The notes beneath the pieces are model-generated. The model had not been told where the DNA came from. It was given only the letters and a program-made list of their open reading frames with translations, and did not search any database. Below, piece by piece: positions 10,498 through 18,959 of a stretch of DNA of 64,000 bases. Both the position numbers and the translations under genes were made by a program. This DNA is from an uncultured Acidobacteriota bacterium (GTDB taxonomy: Bacteria; Acidobacteriota; Thermoanaerobaculia; Multivoradales; SZUA-115). Numbering within the stretch: position 1 is the stretch's first letter; every line of letters begins with the position of its first letter. The stretch spans positions 128,001-192,000 of the forward strand of contig CAWDVR010000004.1 of assembly GCA_963805975.1 (NCBI GenBank), given 5' to 3'.

Positions 10498-11979
10498 TTG
10501 ACCACGCTGGCGTCCCGCGCGCGGGTGCTCTGCCGGGCAGGTTTCTGCCTGGGCCTGAGCTTCGCTTCGGCTGCCGCCGGGAGCGAGGACTGGTACACGA
10601 TCGAGATCGCCGGCCAGCCGGCCGGCTTCCTGGTCGAGCGCCACGAGGAGCAGAACGGCCCCGGCGAGGAGCGCCGGCTCGTGTCGCTGAGCGAGATGGA
10701 GCTCTCGCTCAGCCGGGGCACGACGGTCCTCGACCTGGCGCTCGGGAGCCGCTTCGTCGAGACCGGCGACGGCCGGCCGCTCGAGATGGGGTCGCGCCAG
10801 GTGCTGGGCCAGACGCCGCTCGAGACCACGGCCCGCTTCGAGGGCGGCCAGGTCGAGCTCACCACCACCCAGGCCGGCAGCCTCACCCGCCAGACGCTCC
10901 CGGCGCCGCTGGGAGACTGGCTGCCGCCGGCCGCCGCGGCGCGCTTCGCCCGCCGGCAGATCGCGGCCGGCGCCGAGCGCTTCTCGTATCGCACCGTCGA
11001 TCCCCTGCTGGGCCCCGCGTCCTTCGTGATCGTCCATCAGCGGGCGGGCGAGGAGACGGAGGTGCAGCTCGCTTCCGGCAAGGCCCTGGCCACGCCGTGG
11101 AAGCAGATCTCCGAGGCCACCGGCGGCGTCGCGACCCTCTCCTACCTGGACCGCCAGGGCCGCATGGTGAAGAGCGTCACGCCGATGATGGGGGTCGAGC
11201 TGGTGCTGACCCTCGCCGACCGTGAGACGGCCCTGGCCCGCCACGGCGCACCCGAGCTCCTGGTGCGGACCTTCGTCAAGCCGCAGCGGCCCATCCCGTC
11301 GCCCCGCAGCTCGGCCTCGGCGCACTACCGGCTGTCGCTCGCCGGTGGCGCGCCGCTCGAGCTTCCAGCGACCGGTGCACAGGCCGTCGAGCACGAGAAC
11401 GGAGCGGCGATCGTACGCATCCGCACCGGCGTGCCCCACCGCGCCGCCGAGCGGGATCTGGCGCCCTTCCTCACCCCGTCCTCCTACCTCGGCTTTCGCG
11501 ACCCCAGGATCACCGAGCTGCGCGAGCGGGCCCTCGCCAGGGCGGGTGCGAGCCCGGCCGAGCGGGCGGAGGCCCTGCGTGCCTTCGTCCACCGTTTTCT
11601 GGTGCGGAAGGACCTGGCGACCGGCTTCGCCACCGCCTCGGAAGTAGCGGCCCGCGCGACCGGCGACTGCACGGAGCACGCGGTGCTGCTGGCAGCCCTG
11701 CTGCGCTCGGCCGGTATTCCGTCGCGCGTGGTGGCGGGCCTGCTCTACGTCGAAGAGTTCGCCGGCGAGAGGGAGGTCTTCGGGTATCACATGTGGACCG
11801 AGGCCCTGGTCGACGGCGCCTGGATCGACCTCGACGCCATGGGCGAGGCGCCCTTCGACGCCACCCACATCGCGCTCGCCGTCTCGGCGCTCAACGACGG
11901 CGGCGACTTCCCGGCGATGAGCGCACGGCTCGCCCAGAGCATCGGGGCGCTCCGGATCGAGGTTCTGGCAGTACCATAG
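10498..11979 (+). CDS. Secreted transglutaminase-like (Cys-His-Asp) protein
   Basis: Signal-like N-terminus; GDCTEHAVL, AGIPSRVVAG, YHMWTEA and WIDLD motifs. Start uncertain. Confidence 0.85.
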   Translation: MTTLASRARVLCRAGFCLGLSFASAAAGSEDWYTIEIAGQPAGFLVERHEEQNGPGEERRLVSLSEMELSLSRGTTVLDLALGSRFVETGDGRPLEMGSRQVLGQTPLETTARFEGGQVELTTTQAGSLTRQTLPAPLGDWLPPAAAARFARRQIAAGAERFSYRTVDPLLGPASFVIVHQRAGEETEVQLASGKALATPWKQISEATGGVATLSYLDRQGRMVKSVTPMMGVELVLTLADRETALARHGAPELLVRTFVKPQRPIPSPRSSASAHYRLSLAGGAPLELPATGAQAVEHENGAAIVRIRTGVPHRAAERDLAPFLTPSSYLGFRDPRITELRERALARAGASPAERAEALRAFVHRFLVRKDLATGFATASEVAARATGDCTEHAVLLAALLRSAGIPSRVVAGLLYVEEFAGEREVFGYHMWTEALVDGAWIDLDAMGEAPFDATHIALAVSALNDGGDFPAMSARLAQSIGALRIEVLAVP

Positions 11980-12032
11980 GTTCGTTGACGCCGCCTCGAG
12001 GCCAGCAGACTGCGGCGGCGGGGGAGGAAAAC

Positions 12033-12362
12033 ATGGGCAGCCAGTTGGCAGAGAAGAAATGCGTGCCCTGCAAGGGCGGCGTGCCGCCTTTGAAGGGCGA
12101 AGAGCTGAAGCGCCTGCACGAGGAGCTGGGTGGCGGCTGGCAGGTGATCGAAGAGCACCACCTGGAGAAGGAGTTCCGGTTCAAGGACTTCCGCCAGGCC
12201 CTCGACTTCACCAACCGGGTCGGCGAGCTGGCCGAGGCGGAGCAGCACCATCCGGACATCCACCTCGCCTGGGGCAAGGTCAAGGTCACGATCTGGACGC
12301 ACAAGATCGACGGCCTGACCGAGAGCGACTTCGTGTTCGCGGCCAAGGTGGACGAGCTTTGA
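12033..12362 (+). CDS. phhB: Pterin-4-alpha-carbinolamine dehydratase
   Basis: CVPCKGG, AEAEQHHPDIHLAWGKV, WTHKIDGLTESDF. RBS GGAGG. Confidence 0.93.
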   Translation: MGSQLAEKKCVPCKGGVPPLKGEELKRLHEELGGGWQVIEEHHLEKEFRFKDFRQALDFTNRVGELAEAEQHHPDIHLAWGKVKVTIWTHKIDGLTESDFVFAAKVDEL

Positions 12363-12367
12363 GGTGG

Positions 12368-14171
12368 ATGCGGGCCGCAGCCGTGCTGGCTGCGCTCGCC
12401 AGTTCGGCTCTCGCGTCTGAGCCCTATCCGGGAGCCGCCGCCGAGGCCGAGGCGGCGAAGGCGGTGTTCCAGGCCAATCTCGACGCCATCCGGAACCGCG
12501 ACCGCGACGCCTACCTCGCCTGCTATCTCGAATCCGAGAGCCTGGCGCGCGCGGGCTCGGCCGGTGTCGCACTGGGCTACTCGGGCCTCGCGGCCTCGGC
12601 CGGCGAGGCCTGGCCGGACTTCTTCGAGGGCCTGGACCTCTCGCTGGTCCCCATCCGGCCGGGCGTGGTCTACGGCACGTATCGCTACCGCGTGAGGTAC
12701 GGCGCCGACGAGCAATCGGGCCTGTCGGAACGCCTGTTCGTCGAGACCGAGAAGGGTTGGAAGATCGCGGTGACCACCGCTTTCCAGAACCTCGCCGGCG
12801 TGCCGCCGCCTCCCCGCGCCCTGGTCGGTGCCACGCTGATCGACGGCACGGGCACCGCACCGATCCTCGATTCCGTGGTGCTGCTGCGCGAGGGCAAGGT
12901 CGAGTGCGCGGGCAGCCGCGCCGCCTGCCCGGTGCCGGCCGGTGTCGAGGTGGTCGACGTCTCCGGCCGCTTCCTGACGCCGGGACTCGTCGATGCCCAC
13001 GTCCACTTCTCGCAAACCGGCTGGGTGGACGGCCGGCCGGACGCCAACGACGTGCGCGCCCGGCATCCGTACGAGGCGGTCGCCGCCGGCCTCGCCGCCC
13101 ACCCCGAGCGCTTTCTGCGCTCCCACCTCTGCTCGGGCGTCACCGCGGTGTTCGACGTCGGCGGCTATGCCTGGACCCTCGGCCTGCCCGCGCGGTTCGA
13201 GACCGACACCCTGGCGCCCCACGTGGCCGCGGCCGGGCCGCTCCTCTCGACCATCGACTTCTGGCTCAACTTGCCCGCCGAGCGCCAGTTCGTCCACCTC
13301 GCCGATCCGGAGGCCGGCCGCGCCGGCGTGCGCTACCTCGCGGCGCGGGGTGCCTCCGCGGTCAAGGTATGGTTCATCGTGCCGCGAGGGAGCGATCTCG
13401 CCGCGATGTCGGCCGCTGTCGAGGCCGCGGGCGACGAGGCCCGGAAACTGGGCCTGCCGCTGATCGTCCACGCCACCGGCCTTGCCGAGGCCAAGGCCGC
13501 GGTCAAGGCGGGAGCGCAATCTGCTGGTCCATAGCGTATGGGACCAGGCGGTCGATCAGGAATTCCTGGATCTGCTGCGCGAGAAGGGCACCCTGTACTC
13601 CCCCACGCTCTCCGTGCCGCGCGGCTATCTCGAGGTGCGGAAGGCCGCTTTCGGGAAGCGCGCGCCCGTGCTCGACGATCCCAACGGCTGCGTGGACGCG
13701 GCGACCCTGGCCAGGGTCGCGGAGACGGCGGGGCTCGAGATGCCGAGCGAGACGGCCGAGTCCCTCGCCGGCCGCGAGAAGCAGATGGTGGAACGCGAGG
13801 CGATCGGCGCCGCCAACCTCAAGCGGGTCGCGGCGGCCGGCGTGCCGATCGCCCTGGGCACCGATGCCGGCAACCCCCTGACCCTCCACGGGCCGGCGGT
13901 GTACGCCGAGCTGGAAGCCATGCAGGCCGCGGGGATGGCGCCGATGGAGGTGCTGGTCGCCGCCACCCGCGGCGGTGCGAAGGCCATGGGCCGCGAGAAG
14001 GACCTGGGTACGGTCGAGGCCGGCAAGCAGGCGGACCTCCTGGTGCTCGACTCCGACCCCACGGCAGACGTGAGCGCCTTCCGCCGGCTGACTCACGTGG
14101 TGCGCGGGGGAGTGGTGAGGCCGATCGCGGAGCTCAAGGCGGGCCCCTCACCCCAGCCCTCTCCCCGCTGA
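12368..14171 (+). CDS. Secreted amidohydrolase with an N-terminal NTF2/SnoaL-like domain; one +1 frameshift near 13515
   Basis: PGLVDAHVH and LIVHAT in the first frame. The protein continues in a new frame as NLLVHS...GTDAG...GKQADLLVLD. The break is at ggagcgcaatctgctg. Confidence 0.85.
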
Positions 14172-14186
14172 CGTGGGGCGAGGGGG
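14144..14186. repeat. CCCTCTCCC...GGGxGAGGG-type small palindromic interspersed element
   Basis: CCCCTCACCCCAGCCCTCTCCCCGCTGACGTGGGGCGAGGGGG, located at a convergent gene junction. Confidence 0.6.
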
Positions 14187-14244
14187 CCGGACCGAGCGGC
14201 CTTTCCGGGGACAGCGAGGGCGCCGGCCCTTCCGGGGTCAGGGA

Positions 14245-14907
14245 TCAGGGCGCCAGCAGCTCCGCCAGCTCCGCGTGCCCGCGCTCGCGGGCGAGGTCGG
14301 CGGCGGTGCGGCCGTCGTCGCTCTTCGCGCAGCGGTCGGCACCGCGGGCGAGCACCATCTCCACCATCTCCCGCTTGCCGCCCGCGGCGGCGCCCATGAG
14401 CGGCGTGAAGCCTCCGGCCTGGCGGCTCTCGACGTCGGCGCCGGCCTCGAGCAGCAGCCGCACCACCTCCACGTTGCCGCCGGCGGCAGCGCTCGAGAGC
14501 GGCAGTACCTTCATCGGGTTGCGGGCCTCGATCGCGACCCCGGCGCCGCGCTCGAGGAGCAGCGCCGTGCTCTGCTCGTTGCCGAAAAAGCAGGCCAGGT
14601 GGAGGGCGGTGAAGCCGTCCGGCGAGAAGGCGGTGGTGGCGCCGCCGTCCTCGTCGAGGCGCTCTCTCAGGGCCTCGACGTGCCCGAGCGCCGCGGCCTC
14701 GAAGAGGTCCAGCTCGCCGCGGCGGGCGAGGATCGCCTCGACCATCTCCGGCTGGCGGTGGTAGAGCGCCGTCAGGAGCAGCGACACGCCCTGCTCGTCG
14801 CGCGCCGAGGCCACGGCGGGATCGGCGTCGAGCGCCTTCCTCAGGCGCCCGAGGTCGCCCTTGCGGATCGCGTCCAGAACCTCGAAGGCCCCGCTCGCCG
14901 CCGTCAA
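14245..14907 (-). CDS. Ankyrin repeat protein
   Basis: GFTALHLACFFG, LPLSSAAAGGNVEVVRLLLEAGAD, GFTPLMGAAAGG, GRTAADLA. The TTG start overlaps the upstream TGA. Confidence 0.88.
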   Translation of the reverse strand: MTAASGAFEVLDAIRKGDLGRLRKALDADPAVASARDEQGVSLLLTALYHRQPEMVEAILARRGELDLFEAAALGHVEALRERLDEDGGATTAFSPDGFTALHLACFFGNEQSTALLLERGAGVAIEARNPMKVLPLSSAAAGGNVEVVRLLLEAGADVESRQAGGFTPLMGAAAGGKREMVEMVLARGADRCAKSDDGRTAADLARERGHAELAELLAP

Positions 14908-16616
14908 GGGACCACCAGCGCCCAGGCGCTCGTGTCGCCGGTCTCGAAGCCGTCGGAGAAGATCTCCGCGCCCAGCGAGACCTCGAGAAAGACGGCCGTG
15001 GGGACGCCGCGGTTGCCGAGCGCGTCCTCGGCCACGACGTAGATCAGGTGCCGTCCGGGCGCCAGAGTCGAAGTGTCGAGCACGGCCGTCAGCCCTTCCA
15101 CTCCGGCATTGAAGCTGCCGTCCGCGGCGGCCATGGGGAGCGGCACTCCGTTCCAGGGCGGCGTGTCGACCGTGTAGCCCGCGCCGGCGATGGTCTGCGT
15201 GGGCTCCGTGCCGCAGCCGTTGCTCGCGTAGCGGGTGTCGTTGGCGGTCGCCGTCAGGGTCACGGGGTCGCCCGGCTCGACCAGGGGCGCGCTCACCAGC
15301 GCGTTCAGTACCTCCGGGCCTTTTGGCTCCTGGTAGGGGCGGCGAGCCGCTTTCACGGCGTAGCGCAGCGCCGCGAGATTGTTCGGGAGGATGGTGTTCT
15401 GGAAGCTGGTGCAGCTCTCGAAGAAGTTGTTGCCCACCTCGAAGGTGTAGGCGGAGACGCCGTACACCCCGTAGGCCACGTCCACTGTGGTGCCGGATGC
15501 CGGCGGCAGGCTGTCCTGGCAGGCGAGGTAGCCGTTGGCGAAGCCGAACTTGCGGCCGAGGCTGGCGAGGCCGCTGTCGTTGGGTGACGGTGTCGAGGCC
15601 CCTTCCCAGGGGAAGAGGACGAGCTCGCCGAAGCTGTGGAGCGAGATGAAGAGCCCGGTGGCGGTGTCGGGTGCGGCGTCGCCCATGGCCGGACCGCGCT
15701 GGTCGTCGAGAACCTGCGCCATGTAGGCCTCGATCGCCGCCGTTTCCGGCTCCGAGGCGGGGGTGGGGCCGCGGAAGGTCTCGTTGCAGGCACTGCCGCT
15801 CGAGAACGAGCCGCCCCAGAAGACGGTGCTGTTGCGGTTCAAGTCGATGCCGCGGTTGTTGGTGTCGGCGCAGAAGTTGTTGTCGACGTTCTTGCGCCAC
15901 GACTGCCCGGCTTCCGCCCGCTTGCGGCCGTCCGGGTTGAGCTGCGCGATGATGTGGATCTCGCCGTGGTCGAGGATCCAGGTGGCGTCCGGGTTCGTGC
16001 CGTAGCCCGCCACCAGCTCCTCGGCGAAGCGCGTGGCGATCTCCGCCGTGGCGTACTCCCGCGCGTGGATGGCGGCGATCAGGATGAACGGGAACTTGGG
16101 CCCCGGGACCGCCGGGTTCGAGAGCACCAGCGCGAAGAGGTCGTAGCCCGGGCCGGGGCCGACGGCCTTGTTCCAAGTGTCGCCGATGTCCACCCAGGAA
16201 GCGATCCCGGGATGGGCCGCGGCGAGGCCCGAAAGGCTGGCGTAGGTCTCTTCGACGGTGCGGTAGCAAGGGAAGCCGGAGATGCCCGCCCGCTGCCCAG
16301 GCAGGGGCTCGATGGGCCGGGCGAAGCGCTCGGTGCGCTCGTAGTCGAGGTCGATGGCCCACCCGGAGCGCACCAAAGCCTCGTACTCCTCGGCCGAGAC
16401 CAGCACCAGCGCATAGCCCTGGCGCGGGTCGTAGGTCCAGAGGTCAGTGCTCCGGGCGAGCGCCGCCACCAGGCCGAGGTCGCGTGTCCAGACCCTCGCC
16501 ACCACCTTCGAGGGTGCCTCGCCCGGCAGCGGCTCCTCGGCCGCGCTCGCCGGCCCCGCGGCCAGCAAGGCCAGCAGTGCCGTCACGACGAGAGCCGAGC
16601 GATAGAGAGTGGTCAT
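14904..16616 (-). CDS. Secreted M14 zinc carboxypeptidase
   Basis: Signal peptide; IHAREY, LNPDG, RKN, GIDLNRN, ISLHS and YTFE motifs; C-terminal IFSDGFETGDTSAW. Confidence 0.92.
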   Translation of the reverse strand: MTTLYRSALVVTALLALLAAGPASAAEEPLPGEAPSKVVARVWTRDLGLVAALARSTDLWTYDPRQGYALVLVSAEEYEALVRSGWAIDLDYERTERFARPIEPLPGQRAGISGFPCYRTVEETYASLSGLAAAHPGIASWVDIGDTWNKAVGPGPGYDLFALVLSNPAVPGPKFPFILIAAIHAREYATAEIATRFAEELVAGYGTNPDATWILDHGEIHIIAQLNPDGRKRAEAGQSWRKNVDNNFCADTNNRGIDLNRNSTVFWGGSFSSGSACNETFRGPTPASEPETAAIEAYMAQVLDDQRGPAMGDAAPDTATGLFISLHSFGELVLFPWEGASTPSPNDSGLASLGRKFGFANGYLACQDSLPPASGTTVDVAYGVYGVSAYTFEVGNNFFESCTSFQNTILPNNLAALRYAVKAARRPYQEPKGPEVLNALVSAPLVEPGDPVTLTATANDTRYASNGCGTEPTQTIAGAGYTVDTPPWNGVPLPMAAADGSFNAGVEGLTAVLDTSTLAPGRHLIYVVAEDALGNRGVPTAVFLEVSLGAEIFSDGFETGDTSAWALVVP

Positions 16617-16722
16617 GCTGGTTCGATGAGAACGAAGAATGGCTGCCCCGGCATCCTAGCGGGCGCGATAGGGGGATGCAACTTCAGGAAGGGGTGCTGG
16701 TGCTGCTTCAGCCTCGGAGCCG

Positions 16723-16801
16723 CCGCCCAGATCCTTCGCTGCGCTCAGGATGACAGACGAAAGACCGATGTCATCCTGAGCGCAGCGAAGGATCTGGGCG
16801 G
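16723..16801. repeat. Perfect 33-bp inverted repeat (TGTCATCCTGAGC...GAAGGATC-type REP-like element)
   Basis: CCGCCCAGATCCTTCGCTGCGCTCAGGATGACA, a 13-nt loop, then TGTCATCCTGAGCGCAGCGAAGGATCTGGGCGG. Confidence 0.9.
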
Positions 16802-16820
16802 TCGGCCTTCCGAGAAGGCT

Positions 16821-17540
16821 TCAGAACCGCCAGGTCACGCCAGCCGTCAGCTCGCGGCCGGAGAGGTCGATCTTGCTCTCCAGATCGGCGAAATCACCCT
16901 CGAGATCGTCCTCGGCATCGTGCCAGCGACCTTGGGCGAAGAGGGAGAGCGAGGAGCTGACCGAGACCTCGAGGCCGGCCATCCAGTACCAGCCGGCCGC
17001 CACGCCATCATCTTGGAAAATGTCGGAGAAGATCTCGAGCTCCGGGCCCGAGAAGTCGATGAAGTCGCCCGCCTCCTCGAGGTCCCAGGCGTAGAGGCCG
17101 GCGCCCACCCCCACATAAGGCACGACCGGCGCGTGGCGCGGCGCCAGATTGACCCCCAGGCCCACGGTGGCAGACGCCAGGGTGAACGTGGTGTCGTGGA
17201 GGATCGAGTCGCCGTTGCCGTCCTCGAAGTCCCGGTAGCCCTGCGTCGAGCTGCCTTCGAAGATGCTGCCGCCCACGTGCAGGCGCAGGTGGCCGCGAAT
17301 GTCGCGTACGTACTCGATGCCGCCCACGAAATCCTCGAAGTCCGAGGTCTCGCCGGTGAAGTCGGCCTCGACGCCAGCCCAGTACTCGGAATCCCCCTCC
17401 GGCTCGAACACCCCACCGAAGAAGCGGACGGCGTTCTCGTAGTCGTAGTCCTCGGTGTACTGGTAGTCGTTCTGGGCGGCGGCCGGTAACGCGCCGGCGA
17501 CCGCCAGGGCTAGTGCAATCAGGCTGAGTCGTTTTGTCAC
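16821..17540 (-). CDS. Outer-membrane beta-barrel protein (OmpW/OMP_b-brl-like)
   Basis: Signal peptide, amphipathic strands (VVPYVGVGAGLY), terminal GVTWRF Bam signal. Confidence 0.85.
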   Translation of the reverse strand: MTKRLSLIALALAVAGALPAAAQNDYQYTEDYDYENAVRFFGGVFEPEGDSEYWAGVEADFTGETSDFEDFVGGIEYVRDIRGHLRLHVGGSIFEGSSTQGYRDFEDGNGDSILHDTTFTLASATVGLGVNLAPRHAPVVPYVGVGAGLYAWDLEEAGDFIDFSGPELEIFSDIFQDDGVAAGWYWMAGLEVSVSSSLSLFAQGRWHDAEDDLEGDFADLESKIDLSGRELTAGVTWRF

Positions 17541-17585
17541 GGGTTTTTCTCCTCTCTTGCGGCTCTACCCTCGGCGGGCCGGGAC

Positions 17586-17601
17586 AGCAAGCCCGGTGCC
17601 A
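17586..17601 (-). promoter_or_regulatory. sigma54 (-24/-12) promoter for the beta-barrel gene
   Basis: TGGCAC-CGGGC-TTGCT matches the consensus TGGCAC-N5-TTGCW exactly, 45 bp upstream of the start codon. Confidence 0.8.
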
Positions 17602-17737
17602 GGCCTGGAAGCCTCTTTCCGACCGGCGTTCTCCGTACACCGGGGCCCGGAGCGGACCATGGCAAGGACGGCCAATCTTCCAGCGAGGACAGGCTCTGCT
17701 AACGTCCACCCTCTGGCAGAATCACGGCGGAGGCGCG

Positions 17738-18604
17738 ATGGCCCGCAGGAACTCACCCAACCAGCTCGAGCTCTTCGATCCCGCCGCTTCTTCGGCGGCA
17801 ACCGGGAAGGGACGGCCGCCGAAGGGGCCGGAGAATCGCTCCACGGTCAAGCGGGCGACCCCGAGGCGCGACGCCGGCCGCCTGCGCGCCGATCTCGACG
17901 GTCTCTTCGGGGGGCGGCTGGCCGACCTGGTGCTCACCCGCAACCGGCACTCGATCATCTCGGCCCGCCCGCTGCCGTCCAACCGGGCGAAGATCACCCT
18001 GCGCCTCGACGAGTGCTTCCTCTCGGCAGCGCCGACCACGCTGGCAGCGGTTGCGGCCTGGGTCCTTTCGGGGCCGCGCAAGAGCTCCGCGGCCCTGGCC
18101 CGGATCCGCGACCACTACGCCATGGCGGCGGATCACGAGGCCCGTTCCAAGAGGCCGCGCAAAGCCGCACCGCGCCGCACCGCGGGCGAGGTGGTCGACC
18201 TGGCGCGGGCCTTCGCGCGTCTCAACCGCCGCTACTTCGGTGGCGCTCTCGAGGTCGGTATCACCTGGGGCAAGGCTTCGGCCGCCAGGAGCACCGGCGC
18301 CCGGGCTGCGGCGCGGCGCCGCCTCGGCCGGACCCGGACCATCCAGCTCGGCAGCTTCAGCTTCGAGCAGAAGCTGATCCGCGTTCACCCCTGCCTGGAC
18401 CACGAGAGCGTTCCGCCGCACGTGGTCGAGGCCGTGGTCTACCACGAGATGGTGCACGCCGCTCTGCCGGCGCCGGCGCGTGGCTCGGCGCGCCGCGTGC
18501 TCCACCCCCCGGAGTTCTACGAGCTGGAGCGGCGCTACGAGCGCCACCGCGAGGCGGAAGCCTGGATCGGTGCCAACTTCGGGAAGCTGCTGCGGAGGTG
18601 CTAG
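17738..18604 (+). CDS. SprT/YgjP-like zinc metalloprotease with an N-terminal QLELF motif
   Basis: RBS GGAGG plus ATG at 17738. FARLNRRYFGG, ITWG, LGSF, IRVHPCLD, VVYHEMVH...HPPEF. Confidence 0.82.
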   Translation: MARRNSPNQLELFDPAASSAATGKGRPPKGPENRSTVKRATPRRDAGRLRADLDGLFGGRLADLVLTRNRHSIISARPLPSNRAKITLRLDECFLSAAPTTLAAVAAWVLSGPRKSSAALARIRDHYAMAADHEARSKRPRKAAPRRTAGEVVDLARAFARLNRRYFGGALEVGITWGKASAARSTGARAAARRRLGRTRTIQLGSFSFEQKLIRVHPCLDHESVPPHVVEAVVYHEMVHAALPAPARGSARRVLHPPEFYELERRYERHREAEAWIGANFGKLLRRC

Positions 18605-18852
18605 CTGGGCTTCGCTGAAGGGTGCCCGTAGAGACGCTGGCATCGCTGCTCGAGCGTCCGCAGGAGCCAGTGGTCGGGGTTGTGGATCTCGTCCCATTTG
18701 TAGAGCAGGGCGAGGACCATGTCCTGAAGGAGTTTGTCTGCGTCAGCCTTGGGCACCTGATGCTCTGTGAGCAACTGCTCCACCTGAGGGCGGAGTCGCT
18801 CCATGACCAAGGCGGGTTCCTGGTACCAGCGGCGCTCGTTTGTGAGGGGCAT
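18601..18852 (-). CDS. Small protein resembling ECF sigma-factor region 2 only (83 aa)
   Basis: HQVPKADADKLLQDMVLALLYKWDEIHNPDHWLLRTLEQRC parallels the ECF sigma2 pattern DAEDLxQ...WL...NRC. The ORF stops before any region 4. Confidence 0.6.
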   Translation of the reverse strand: MPLTNERRWYQEPALVMERLRPQVEQLLTEHQVPKADADKLLQDMVLALLYKWDEIHNPDHWLLRTLEQRCQRLYGHPSAKPS

Positions 18853-18959
18853 AGTGCCGCTATTATGCACCGCTCGCTCGCGCTCTACCAGAGGGAAGTT
18901 GTTTTAGGAAGTCTCGCGGCGTTTTAGCCGATCTTTTCTTGCTTGCGAATAATAGCTCT

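Noticed and set aside
10395-12000. Genomic island integrated at tRNA-Asn
   Set aside because: No integrase, no repeated tRNA 3' end found downstream, and host-like GC in the following genes.
13482-14171. Treating the amidohydrolase, rlmN and folC fragments as separate genes or programmed frameshifts
   Set aside because: The fragments join into single canonical proteins on removal of one base. No slippery heptamers or stimulatory structures are evident.
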